From Patescibacteria group bacterium (GTDB lineage: Bacteria; Patescibacteriota; Minisyncoccia; Phycocordibacterales; UBA9973), in the NCBI GenBank assembly GCA_038063535.1, contig JBBTUV010000004.1:20530-84529 (forward strand): DNA of 64,000 nt, written 5' to 3'. The position numbers and the translations under genes are program-made. How positions within the stretch are numbered: the stretch's first letter is position 1; each line of letters opens with the position of its first letter. The notes beneath the pieces were generated by a model, which saw only the letters and a list, made by a program, of their open reading frames with translations, ran no database searches and was not told the DNA's origin. Shown piece by piece: positions 51,046 to 58,776 of the stretch.

Positions 51046-52482
51046 ATGAAAATAGTTTCAGTTGGTGGACGCATTAAGTCAGCAAGTGTGGGACTTGATG
51101 TGTTCGTGCCGGGGAATGATAATTTCCAGACGCAGATGAAGCAGGCGCGAGACAACCCTCCGATGCCAATCTTGAGCGCATTCTTTCCTTCAGACAAAAA
51201 CCGTATGAAGCAAATGATGCAGGGTATCGGCTTCTATCGCCCGATGCTCAAGACAGATCAAGGAATGGGCGGAAACTTTCTCCCGTTCTACGTAGACCCA
51301 GTTCTAAGGACAACAGACCTCTCGCCCCGGCAGATCGTCCGAGAAGAGGGTTTGATCATCCCTGAACTCTACCTGGAGCATGACCCAGGGACACTTCAAG
51401 AACTTCGGGAAACGTTCCAAAGATTAGATCTATGGAACGCTGACCGGATTCTCACTCCACTACTCACGCAGTCCCGCGAAGCGGAGAAAGGAAGAACACC
51501 GTTCTTCTTTATCCGCCCAGCCTTGCTTTCGTCACCAATTGTGTTTGGTGATGACATCGTGAAGAAGGTCAACGAAGTTGTAGGACAGTTGCTGAAAACA
51601 GTTGAAGACCATGCGACCGGAAAGGCGGGCTTCAACCAAACAGGCAACTATCTCTACTTTCTCGCGGACGTATTCGTGACGACTGAAGGCGAGGTGGTAG
51701 TCGAGAAACTCCACTTCCCCGATGTCGGATTCTTCATGAGTGAGTTGGAGCTCAAGGACTCGATCGCTTTCGAAACTCAAGGTGTAGTACGCCAGATTCT
51801 AGATCAAGTTTTCGGACGGGTTCTAGGTATGGTCAACTCTCGGGTGGTCTACATAATCACTCGAGATGAAGTACTACAACGAAACGAGGATGTTTTGGAA
51901 ATCTTCGAGATACGAAGCATCTCTCGTAAGTTCTGTGAGGCGGGCATTCAGGTAGAAGTACGAAGTGTCAGCCAGGCGGGAGAAATTCCTTCTGGAGCAA
52001 CCTGTCTGCTTCTCAACATAGCCGAACACGGCTCTGTACTCCTAGAGCGCTACGGACGCGGAGAACTCGTCTGCTATCCGAGCCCGTATCTCCAGTTGGC
52101 ATCACGTGAGTTGACGGGGCTGAGAGAAAGCGTCGTTCCCCGCCAGTTCATGAGCAAGTTCATCAGTCTCATCGACTGTAGTCCGAAAGAACATGAGGAT
52201 GCCGAGACCGTAGTGTCAAAAATCAACGTTATACTTTCAAAAGATGGAGTTGTCTCGGAGCTACTTCATGTTGAAGTTGACGGCGAAACTGTTCCTGTCC
52301 ACCGAAGGATTCACCACTCGTGGAAGCAGTTGGTGAAAAGAGTTCACAGACATAGGGGTGATAAACCTCTTGAAGATGTAGCTCTCAAAATCCGCGAGCT
52401 TCCACTCACGCATCGGAACAGTATGGTAACAAGTACCACTGGTCCAAGGCTCCATGTGTTCAGGTTTACGTTTACTGCTTAG
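51046..52482 (+). CDS. Orphan 478-aa hypothetical protein (possible ATP-grasp-like fold)
   Basis: The start is set at ATG 51046 (MKIVSVGG) with AAAGGAG 5 nt upstream. No TM was seen. The segment YLYFLADVFVTTEGEVVVEKLHFPDVGFF loosely resembles the xDxxxxxxGxxxxxExNxxP strand of ATP-grasp/GSP-synthetase-like enzymes. Codon usage is unlike neighbouring genes. Confidence 0.5.
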   Translation: MKIVSVGGRIKSASVGLDVFVPGNDNFQTQMKQARDNPPMPILSAFFPSDKNRMKQMMQGIGFYRPMLKTDQGMGGNFLPFYVDPVLRTTDLSPRQIVREEGLIIPELYLEHDPGTLQELRETFQRLDLWNADRILTPLLTQSREAEKGRTPFFFIRPALLSSPIVFGDDIVKKVNEVVGQLLKTVEDHATGKAGFNQTGNYLYFLADVFVTTEGEVVVEKLHFPDVGFFMSELELKDSIAFETQGVVRQILDQVFGRVLGMVNSRVVYIITRDEVLQRNEDVLEIFEIRSISRKFCEAGIQVEVRSVSQAGEIPSGATCLLLNIAEHGSVLLERYGRGELVCYPSPYLQLASRELTGLRESVVPRQFMSKFISLIDCSPKEHEDAETVVSKINVILSKDGVVSELLHVEVDGETVPVHRRIHHSWKQLVKRVHRHRGDKPLEDVALKIRELPLTHRNSMVTSTTGPRLHVFRFTFTA

Positions 52483-52525
52483 TCTCCGATTAAATTATGG
52501 AGACAGAAAAGGAGGTATCAAGGAC

Positions 52526-52560
52526 GGGGGCTCGTTCATTGCAACAGCCCCCAACCTTTT
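52526..52560 (+). terminator. Intrinsic terminator after the 478-aa gene
   Basis: GGGGGCT (52526-52532) pairs with AGCCCCC (52546-52552) across a 13-nt loop, followed by AACCTTTTTA. Confidence 0.5.
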
Positions 52561-52599
52561 TATGTTAAAATTAACAATGAGTAAATTTAAATATAAAAA

Positions 52600-53010
52600 A
52601 TGAAAAATCTTGCGGAAATAAAAAAAGAAAACATGTGGCGCGCAGTAATGTCTCAAATTTACAAAGCAAAAAAGGAAATTTTAGCCACTATGGATATAGC
52701 TGAAGAGCTAAAAAATCCTTTACCTAAAAAATATTTTTCTTTATTATATAAAAAACACAAAGAAGGTATTAAAATTAAACGAGTAATTTTTGGTTCCACA
52801 AAACAATATAAACATTTATTAAAAGAAGCTGTAGATAAGAATTTGTTTTTTATAGGCAAACATACAAAATCAACAAATTATAAAAGGATGATTCTTATTG
52901 ACCGAAGCAAACTTTTTTTCTCCAGGGGGCATGGAGGTAAAAAAAAGTTTTATTTCACAACTGATGAGATCTATCTGAAGGAATATCTGGATTATTTTAA
53001 TGAGATATAG
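52600..53010 (+). CDS. Hypothetical 136-aa Lys-rich protein, very AT-rich gene
   Basis: This is the only long ORF in this stretch. There is a weak resemblance to TrmB C-terminal/PLD-like domains (KRMILIDRSKLFF). No HTH was seen. Confidence 0.4.
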   Translation: MKNLAEIKKENMWRAVMSQIYKAKKEILATMDIAEELKNPLPKKYFSLLYKKHKEGIKIKRVIFGSTKQYKHLLKEAVDKNLFFIGKHTKSTNYKRMILIDRSKLFFSRGHGGKKKFYFTTDEIYLKEYLDYFNEI

Positions 53011-53061
53011 AGTTTTCCGCAGGTGCTTGTCAAAAAATGAAATAACTGATACAGTTAAAGA

Positions 53062-53612
53062 GTGAGTAAAAGTACACAGCCGAAGAATGTTATCCTTGCC
53101 AGCCTTTAATCTAGAAGGCTGATCTTTGCGCTGTAAAAATCTCTCAACACTTACAACCCAAACACCAGCCTTCTAAACCTAGAGGCTGGTGTTCTCGTTT
53201 ACGAGAATAGTTGTTCTTCCCAAGCTCCGAAAGAGAGACAATAATGCCCAAGTCGTCCAGTTTGGAAGAGTGGTTCGTAGGGGCAATCAGATCGGGGAGA
53301 GACTTTCTGACTGTGCCTCCCCACATCACGGAACTTCCGTGCGGGCATCGACGAGCCCGCACTGATAGACCCTTCGAATTACGAAGGATACTGTTCCAGC
53401 TGGTTTGGGCCCACCACAACAGAGAACACCAGGGTCAGGGTTGTTTCTTGCCTCTGTCTTCAATTCTTCGGGAGAGCAATCTCCCGGAGAGAACAGACCA
53501 GCAGGAACGACCCCGTTACATGGCCGACGTTGGACGACCACGCTGAGTTCCGCCAGTGCAAGCAGTATGCGGAACACGGGGGGCTGTCGCGCGCGACAGC
53601 CCCCCTATTATT
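53062..53612 (+). ncRNA. Candidate structured non-coding RNA of unknown class
   Basis: There is no credible CDS here. The sequence is GC-rich with at least 8 local hairpins, including an 11-bp GCAA-tetraloop helix (53465-53490). A long-range helix is possible between 53252-53260 and 53530-53538. A promoter-like TTGTCA-N17-TGaTACAGT lies at 53027-53055. The stretch ends at the 53578-53605 terminator. The 5' end is uncertain; an alternative start is near 53252. Confidence 0.4.
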
Positions 53613-53619
53613 TTTTATT
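53578..53619 (+). terminator. Strong intrinsic terminator
   Basis: GGGGGGCTGTCGCG/CGCGACAGCCCCCC is a perfect 28-nt inverted repeat at 53578-53605, followed by TATTATTTTTTATT. The T-run is on the plus strand only. Confidence 0.75.
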
Positions 53620-53649
53620 CCGCTTTTTTTATGCTAAAATACTTTTACC

Positions 53650-55071
53650 GTGAAAAAAAGGATTTATATAAAAGATTTGAAAGACAATGTCGGCAAAGAA
53701 ATCACCATCGCCGGGTGGGTGGATGTCAGGCGCGATCAGGGCAAAATGGTATTTTTCGATATGCGGGATATGACGGGTAAGGTGCAGTGTGTGGCACTAC
53801 CAAGCCATGCCGAAGTAATTGAAACGGCGAAGGAGATAAGGCCGGAGTGGGTTTTGAAGATCATCGGGAAGGTAAACAAACGGCCGGAGAAAAATGTAAA
53901 CAAAGAAGTGCTAAATGGCGACATTGAACTTGAGATTACCAGCATCGAAGTTTTAAATAAATCTGAAACGCCGCCGTTTCCGATTGATGCTGACACTCGC
54001 GAAGTGGATGAAGATTTGCGTCTGAAGTACAGATATCTTGATCTAAGGAGCGACAGGATGCAGAAAAATGTCCGCATGCGCGACAAGGTTATTTCTTTTT
54101 TCCGCGACCACATGCACCAGAACGGCTTTGTCGAGATAGAAACCCCGATACTTATGCGCGGTACGCCTGAAGGCGCGCGCGAGTACGTAGTGCCCTCGAG
54201 GGTGTGGCAGGGAAAGTTCTATGCTCTGCCGCAATCGCCCCAGCAGTTCAAGCAGCTCTCGATGGTTGCCGGCTTTGAAAAATATTTCCAGATTGCTCGC
54301 TGCATGCGCGATGAGGACACAAGAGGGGACAGGCAGCCGGAATTCACCCAGCTCGACTATGAGATGTCATTCGTCGAGCGCGATGAGGTCCTGGAATACA
54401 CTGAAGGTATGTTCATTAAATTGATTGAAAAAGTTTATCCGGAAAAGAAAATTTCACAAATTCCGTTCCCGCGGCTCACTCACGCTGAATCAATGGAAAA
54501 ATACGGTTCGGACAAGCCGGACTTGCGTAAAGATAAAAACAATCCCGACGAGCTTGCATTTCTCTGGGTTGTTGATTTCCCGATGTTTGAAAAGACTGAT
54601 GAGGGAGACCCCGCAACGCAGGCTAACGGGGCAAGATTACAAGCGGTGCACCACCCTTTCTGCTCGATTCACCCGGAGGACAAGGAGAAATTCATGAAAG
54701 GCAAGGACATTTTCTCTATCCGCGCGAATGCTTATGACTTGGTCTTAAACGGCTACGAACTTTCTTCCGGCTCGATCCGCATCCACGACAGCGCCGAGCA
54801 AAAGAGGGTTTTTGATTTGCTGGAAATCAGCGAAGAAACTCAAGCAGCGAAATTCGGCCACATGCTCGAGGCTTTCAAATACGGCGCGCCGCCGCATGGC
54901 GGTTTTGCGCCCGGCATCGACCGCATTGTCATGATTCTTCAAAATGAACCGAATATCCGCGAAGTGATTCCTTTTGCCAAAACCGGCGAAGGCAAGGACC
55001 TCCTCATGGGCTCGCCGGCTGAAATTTCCGATAAGCAATTGAAAGAGTTGGGAATAAAATTAGGCAAATGA
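53650..55071 (+). CDS. aspS: Aspartate--tRNA ligase lacking the GAD insertion domain
   Basis: 473 aa with a GTG start. An OB-fold N-domain, the motif 2 region FYALPQSPQQFKQL...FQIARCMRDEDTRGDRQPEFTQLD, and motif 3 GGFAPGIDR. DKPDLRKDKNNPDELAFLWVVDFPMFE joins directly where bacterial enzymes carry about 130 aa. TGcTAAAAT lies at 53632-53640. Confidence 0.9.
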   Translation: MKKRIYIKDLKDNVGKEITIAGWVDVRRDQGKMVFFDMRDMTGKVQCVALPSHAEVIETAKEIRPEWVLKIIGKVNKRPEKNVNKEVLNGDIELEITSIEVLNKSETPPFPIDADTREVDEDLRLKYRYLDLRSDRMQKNVRMRDKVISFFRDHMHQNGFVEIETPILMRGTPEGAREYVVPSRVWQGKFYALPQSPQQFKQLSMVAGFEKYFQIARCMRDEDTRGDRQPEFTQLDYEMSFVERDEVLEYTEGMFIKLIEKVYPEKKISQIPFPRLTHAESMEKYGSDKPDLRKDKNNPDELAFLWVVDFPMFEKTDEGDPATQANGARLQAVHHPFCSIHPEDKEKFMKGKDIFSIRANAYDLVLNGYELSSGSIRIHDSAEQKRVFDLLEISEETQAAKFGHMLEAFKYGAPPHGGFAPGIDRIVMILQNEPNIREVIPFAKTGEGKDLLMGSPAEISDKQLKELGIKLGK

Positions 55072-55376
55072 TTCGCGACATTGTCAGAAAGGGCAGGGGA
55101 TACGGTAAGAAGATTGGATACCCGACGATAAATATAAATAATAAATCTAAGATTAAACACGGAGTATATGCGGGAGTTGTGCGGCTCGGTAAAAGAAATT
55201 ATCGAGCTGGGATAGTGATAGGGGAAAATGCGGAAGCGTATTTGGTGGGGTATAGAGGTAATGCATATGGAAGAACGGCAACAATGGAAGTGGGCAAATT
55301 CATCCGCAAATTTAAAAAATTTAAAACCGAAAAAGAATTAATCGCACAAATTAAAAAAGATCTAGAGAATGTCTAA
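55068..55376 (+). CDS. Stand-alone riboflavin-kinase-like domain protein
   Basis: 102 aa. GRGYGKKIGYPTININ...HGVYAGVV...EAYLVGYRGNAYGR...FIRKFKKFKTEKELIAQIKKD fits the RibF C-terminal kinase pattern. The ATG overlaps the aspS stop (ATGA). Confidence 0.6.
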   Translation: MIRDIVRKGRGYGKKIGYPTININNKSKIKHGVYAGVVRLGKRNYRAGIVIGENAEAYLVGYRGNAYGRTATMEVGKFIRKFKKFKTEKELIAQIKKDLENV

Positions 55377-56265
55377 CTACTCCGGCCCAATTTTCATTAT
55401 CACTGCGGCGCTTCTCTGGGCCTTTGACGGGCTTATCCGCCAGCATCTTTACACCCTGCCGCCTATCACTATCATATTCTTTGAGCATCTCTTCGGGCTT
55501 GTCATCCTTTTCCCGTTTGTCGTAAAGCTGGTTCTCCGGACCCGATTCACGAAGCGAGAATTCTGGCTACTCGTTTTGATTTCCGTTCTCTCTGGACTTC
55601 TGGGAACACTTTGGTTTACCACGGCGCTTGGAAAAGTGCATTTCATCTCGCTTTCGGTCGTATTTCTTCTCCAAAAACTCCAGCCGATTTTTGCGATCTC
55701 ATCTGCGTCACTTCTCCTGAAAGAGAAATTCGAGAGGGGATACATTCCTTGGGCGGTGCTCGCGCTTGTGGCTGCATACTTTGTCACTTTCCCGACAGGC
55801 AAAGTTGACCTCGCAACCGGCGCAGGTACCGCAGTAGCCGCGCTTTATGCGCTCGGTGCAGCATTCGCCTGGGGAACCTCTACCACGTTTTCAAAAATGC
55901 TCCTCGGAAAAGTTGAAGCAAAAGCGAGCACTTTTTTCAGATTTCTTTTTACTCTCATTATCGCGCTTTCCGTCCTCTTGATTTTCGGCTACGGCTCATC
56001 GCTTTCGGCCCCAACCACCACACAATTCGGATTTCTCGCGCTCATCGCCGTCTCAACTGGCATGGTCGCGCTTCTAATTTATTACAAAGGTCTTGCCAAG
56101 ACTCCCGTCCACATTTCAACGATTCTTGAGCTTACGTTTCCATTTATCGCGATTATCCTGGATAAAATAGTTAATGGCACAAGCCTAAATGCCGTTCAGT
56201 GGGTTGCAGCACTGGTTCTCGTCTATAGCATTTATAAAATTTCTAAACTGCGCGAGGGAGTTTAA
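55369..56265 (+). CDS. EamA/DMT-family transporter
   Basis: 298 aa with about 10 TM helices in two EamA-like halves. Confidence 0.75.
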   Translation: MSNYSGPIFIITAALLWAFDGLIRQHLYTLPPITIIFFEHLFGLVILFPFVVKLVLRTRFTKREFWLLVLISVLSGLLGTLWFTTALGKVHFISLSVVFLLQKLQPIFAISSASLLLKEKFERGYIPWAVLALVAAYFVTFPTGKVDLATGAGTAVAALYALGAAFAWGTSTTFSKMLLGKVEAKASTFFRFLFTLIIALSVLLIFGYGSSLSAPTTTQFGFLALIAVSTGMVALLIYYKGLAKTPVHISTILELTFPFIAIILDKIVNGTSLNAVQWVAALVLVYSIYKISKLREGV

Positions 56266-57022
56266 GGATTTTTACGCCTTTTATTTTTTGTGGAATCGAA
56301 TCAGTCACGAAAAGTTCTCCGCAGTTTCTTTTTATTTTGTCAGCCATACTAGGTATAGCGAAAACCCCATGCGTCGCCCCGACGATTATTTTCTTCGCGC
56401 CGAGTCGCTTCAGGTGCTTGATCGCGTGGAGGATGGTGCCGCCGGTCGAGATGATGTCGTCCAGGATGCAGACGTTTTTGCCGCGGGCGTCCACCTTACT
56501 TTCCATCTTATGGATCTCGTGCGCATCCTTGCGAGTTTTCTTAAAGGCATGTTCGGACATATATGCGGTGCCGTGGTCCGGGGAGATGATCAGAAATTCT
56601 TCCTTTCCGAAAAATTTTTTCGCGTGAGCGCGAAGTAGCGGTCCGGCGGAGCGATTCTCGATTAGAAGCCCCGTCCGCACGAACCTGCCGGGGCGGGGGA
56701 GGAAGTGGCAGTCGTAAGTGATTAATCTCTTAACTCCGGCACTTTTGAGAAGTCTGCACAGCACGTCTGCACTTACTGCTTCGCCTTTTTTGTTTTCCTT
56801 ATCCTGCCGGGCGTAGGGGAGATAGGGGACGAGGACGGATATCTTGCGCGTCGATTTTCTAACTGCGGAAAGAGTAAGCAGAAGCTCGAAAATATTTTTC
56901 TCGGGGTCGGGGTAGAGCCTTTTGAACAGAGTGACTTTTTTGTTCTTTAGAGAACTTACGTTTGCGACCCGAATATAAGATTCGCCGTCTGGGAAAAGCT
57001 TCGATAAAATAATCGGGCGCAT
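56243..57022 (-). CDS. prs: Ribose-phosphate pyrophosphokinase (short form)
   Basis: 259 aa. FPDGESYIRV, PYLPYARQDK, and the PRPP loop ILDDIISTGGT. Confidence 0.8.
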   Translation of the reverse strand: MRPIILSKLFPDGESYIRVANVSSLKNKKVTLFKRLYPDPEKNIFELLLTLSAVRKSTRKISVLVPYLPYARQDKENKKGEAVSADVLCRLLKSAGVKRLITYDCHFLPRPGRFVRTGLLIENRSAGPLLRAHAKKFFGKEEFLIISPDHGTAYMSEHAFKKTRKDAHEIHKMESKVDARGKNVCILDDIISTGGTILHAIKHLKRLGAKKIIVGATHGVFAIPSMADKIKRNCGELFVTDSIPQKIKGVKILKLPRAV

Positions 57023-57039
57023 TGTGTTACTATTATAAT

Positions 57040-57366
57040 ATGGATTTGCTTAAGAAAAAATGTATTCCTTGCGAAGCTGGAGCTGAACCACTGGGCGAGA
57101 AGCAGGCGAAGGATTATTTGGTAGAGGCGCCAGGCTGGACGCTCGATGAGAACTATAGAAGAATTTCCAAAGAATACAAATTTAAGGATTTCATCGGCGC
57201 GATGAATTTCGTGCAGCGTGTAGCAGACCTCGCCGAAGAAGAGGGCCACCATCCGGACATCCATATTCATTACAACAAAGTTAGGCTAGAACTCTGGACG
57301 CACGCCATCGGCGGCCTCTCCGAGAACGATTTCATCCTCGCCGCCAAAATCGACGCCAGTAAATAA
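57040..57366 (+). CDS. Pterin-4-alpha-carbinolamine dehydratase (PCD/DCoH-like)
   Basis: MDLLKKKCIPC...WTLDENYRRISKEYKFKDFIGAMNFVQRVADLAEEEGHHPDIHIHYNKVRLELWTH. The start is set at ATG 57040. Confidence 0.75.
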   Translation: MDLLKKKCIPCEAGAEPLGEKQAKDYLVEAPGWTLDENYRRISKEYKFKDFIGAMNFVQRVADLAEEEGHHPDIHIHYNKVRLELWTHAIGGLSENDFILAAKIDASK

Positions 57367-57402
57367 CTTTGCCTTTTCTCAAAAAATCTATATAATATAA
57401 GT

Positions 57403-58776
57403 ATGAAATTTGCTTTTATTAAAGTCCAAAAAGAAGCGCCGAAGGACGCTCTTTTGGTGTCGGTGGGAACTAAAAACAACGATGAAATAATTAGGGAAGA
57501 CAGGGTAAAGACCCTATACCTGAAATCCGACGAGAAAATGAACCTCCGGAAGCTATATTTGCTGGCGCGGAAAATGGTTGCGCTTGCGAAAGGCGCGAAA
57601 GCGAGCAAAATCGCTTTTGATTTTAATGATTGGAAATTGGCAAAAGCCTCTGATGCCGAGCTTGGCGAGCTCATCGGCACTCAGCTTGACTTTGCGAATT
57701 ATGAATTTACCGAATATAAAACTCCGCCGGAAGAAGGATTCTCTTTTATAAGAGAAGTTTATGTTACCGGCGCAGGCCTCGTAGCCCGAAAAGCGATGTT
57801 AAGAGGCCATGCTATCGCAGAAGAAGTTAACAAGACTCGCTCGCTTGCGAACACGCCCGGCGGAGATATGACTCCGACTATACTTGCCCAAAGGGCAAGA
57901 GAAGCAGTCAAGGGACTGCCTGTAAAAGTCACGATCCTCGGCGAGAAAGAGATGGAGAAGCAAAAGATGCACGCAATACTTTCTGTGGGCAAGGGAAGCG
58001 ACGAAGAATCGAAGTTCATCATCATGGAGTATTGGGGGACCTCGAAAAAAGTTAAACTGATAGTTCTCGTAGGCAAGGGCGTCACCTTCGACACCGGCGG
58101 AATCAACTTAAAGCCGACACCGTCACTCCTTGGCATGAATATGGATATGTCCGGAGGTGCGGCTGTCATCCATACTGTCGCGCTAGCCGCCCGCATGAAA
58201 CTCAAAAAAAATATTATTGCCCTTGTGCCTTCGGTAGAGAATATGGCTTCAGGCAAAAGTTACCGCCCCGGCGACGTAATTCGCTCGCTCTCCGGCAAAA
58301 CTATCGAAGTTTTGAATACCGACGCGGAAGGACGGGTCATCCTCGCGGACGCGCTTACCTATGCCGAGCGTTACAAGCCGGAAGTAGTGATAGACACGGC
58401 GACACTCACCGGTGCGGCGGCGGTCGCGCTTGGCGAGCGTGCCAGCGCGCTTTTTACTCCAGATGATACTCTGGCAAAAGCCCTTGAAAATGCTGGTGAA
58501 GAAATGGGAGAATATGTATGGCGCTTGCCGCTTTGGGAGGAATATGAGGCGGACATAAAGGGCAACCTAGGCGACTGGGCCAACATACACAACAAAGATT
58601 CCAAATACGGCGGGGCGATTCACGGGGCGATGTTCTTATACCAGTTTGCCAAGAATTACAAATGGGCGCACATCGATATTGCTCCAAGGATGACATCGAT
58701 TCCAGGCGAATATTTAGCTCCGGGCTCGATCGGGACGCCTGTCCGACTTCTCCTTAAATTTATCGAAGAGAATTAG
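57403..58776 (+). CDS. pepA: Leucyl aminopeptidase (M17)
   Basis: 457 aa. VGKGVTFDTGG, MDMSGGAAV and the signature NTDAEGRVILADAL. Confidence 0.85.
   Translation: MKFAFIKVQKEAPKDALLVSVGTKNNDEIIREDRVKTLYLKSDEKMNLRKLYLLARKMVALAKGAKASKIAFDFNDWKLAKASDAELGELIGTQLDFANYEFTEYKTPPEEGFSFIREVYVTGAGLVARKAMLRGHAIAEEVNKTRSLANTPGGDMTPTILAQRAREAVKGLPVKVTILGEKEMEKQKMHAILSVGKGSDEESKFIIMEYWGTSKKVKLIVLVGKGVTFDTGGINLKPTPSLLGMNMDMSGGAAVIHTVALAARMKLKKNIIALVPSVENMASGKSYRPGDVIRSLSGKTIEVLNTDAEGRVILADALTYAERYKPEVVIDTATLTGAAAVALGERASALFTPDDTLAKALENAGEEMGEYVWRLPLWEEYEADIKGNLGDWANIHNKDSKYGGAIHGAMFLYQFAKNYKWAHIDIAPRMTSIPGEYLAPGSIGTPVRLLLKFIEEN

Noticed and set aside
53252-53612. Attempt to name the structured region as RNase P RNA, tmRNA, SRP RNA, a T-box leader of aspS or a group II intron.
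   Set aside because: Each candidate class lacks its diagnostic feature. For RNase P, the universal GGAAAGTCC / ACAGAAnCCGGCTTA P4 strands are not present, only loose look-alikes. For tmRNA, there is no tRNA-like TTCGA T-arm or CCA end. For SRP RNA, there is no domain IV GGAA/AGCA motif. For a T-box, there is no GGGTGGTACCGCG-like box able to compete with the terminator, and aspS has its own promoter downstream of the terminator. For a group II intron, there is no domain V or GTGYG 5' end. The region is left as unknown class pending covariance-model searches.
53144-53780. Cluster of overlapping 74-111-aa ORFs on both strands (53144..53419-, 53211..53546+, 53326..53577-, 53405..53653+, 53556..53780+).
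   Set aside because: They overlap one another in different frames and strands and have no promoter or SD context. Their products are Arg/Pro/Gly-rich, as expected from translating GC-rich structured RNA. The region is better explained as non-coding.
57034-57042. TATAAT directly abutting the ATG of the PCD gene (zero spacing), which at first looked like its promoter.
   Set aside because: A -10 box cannot give a transcript containing an ATG immediately adjacent to it. On the opposite strand that hexamer region is better explained as the prs promoter. The upstream TGtTACTAT (57025-57033) is the better candidate for PCD.
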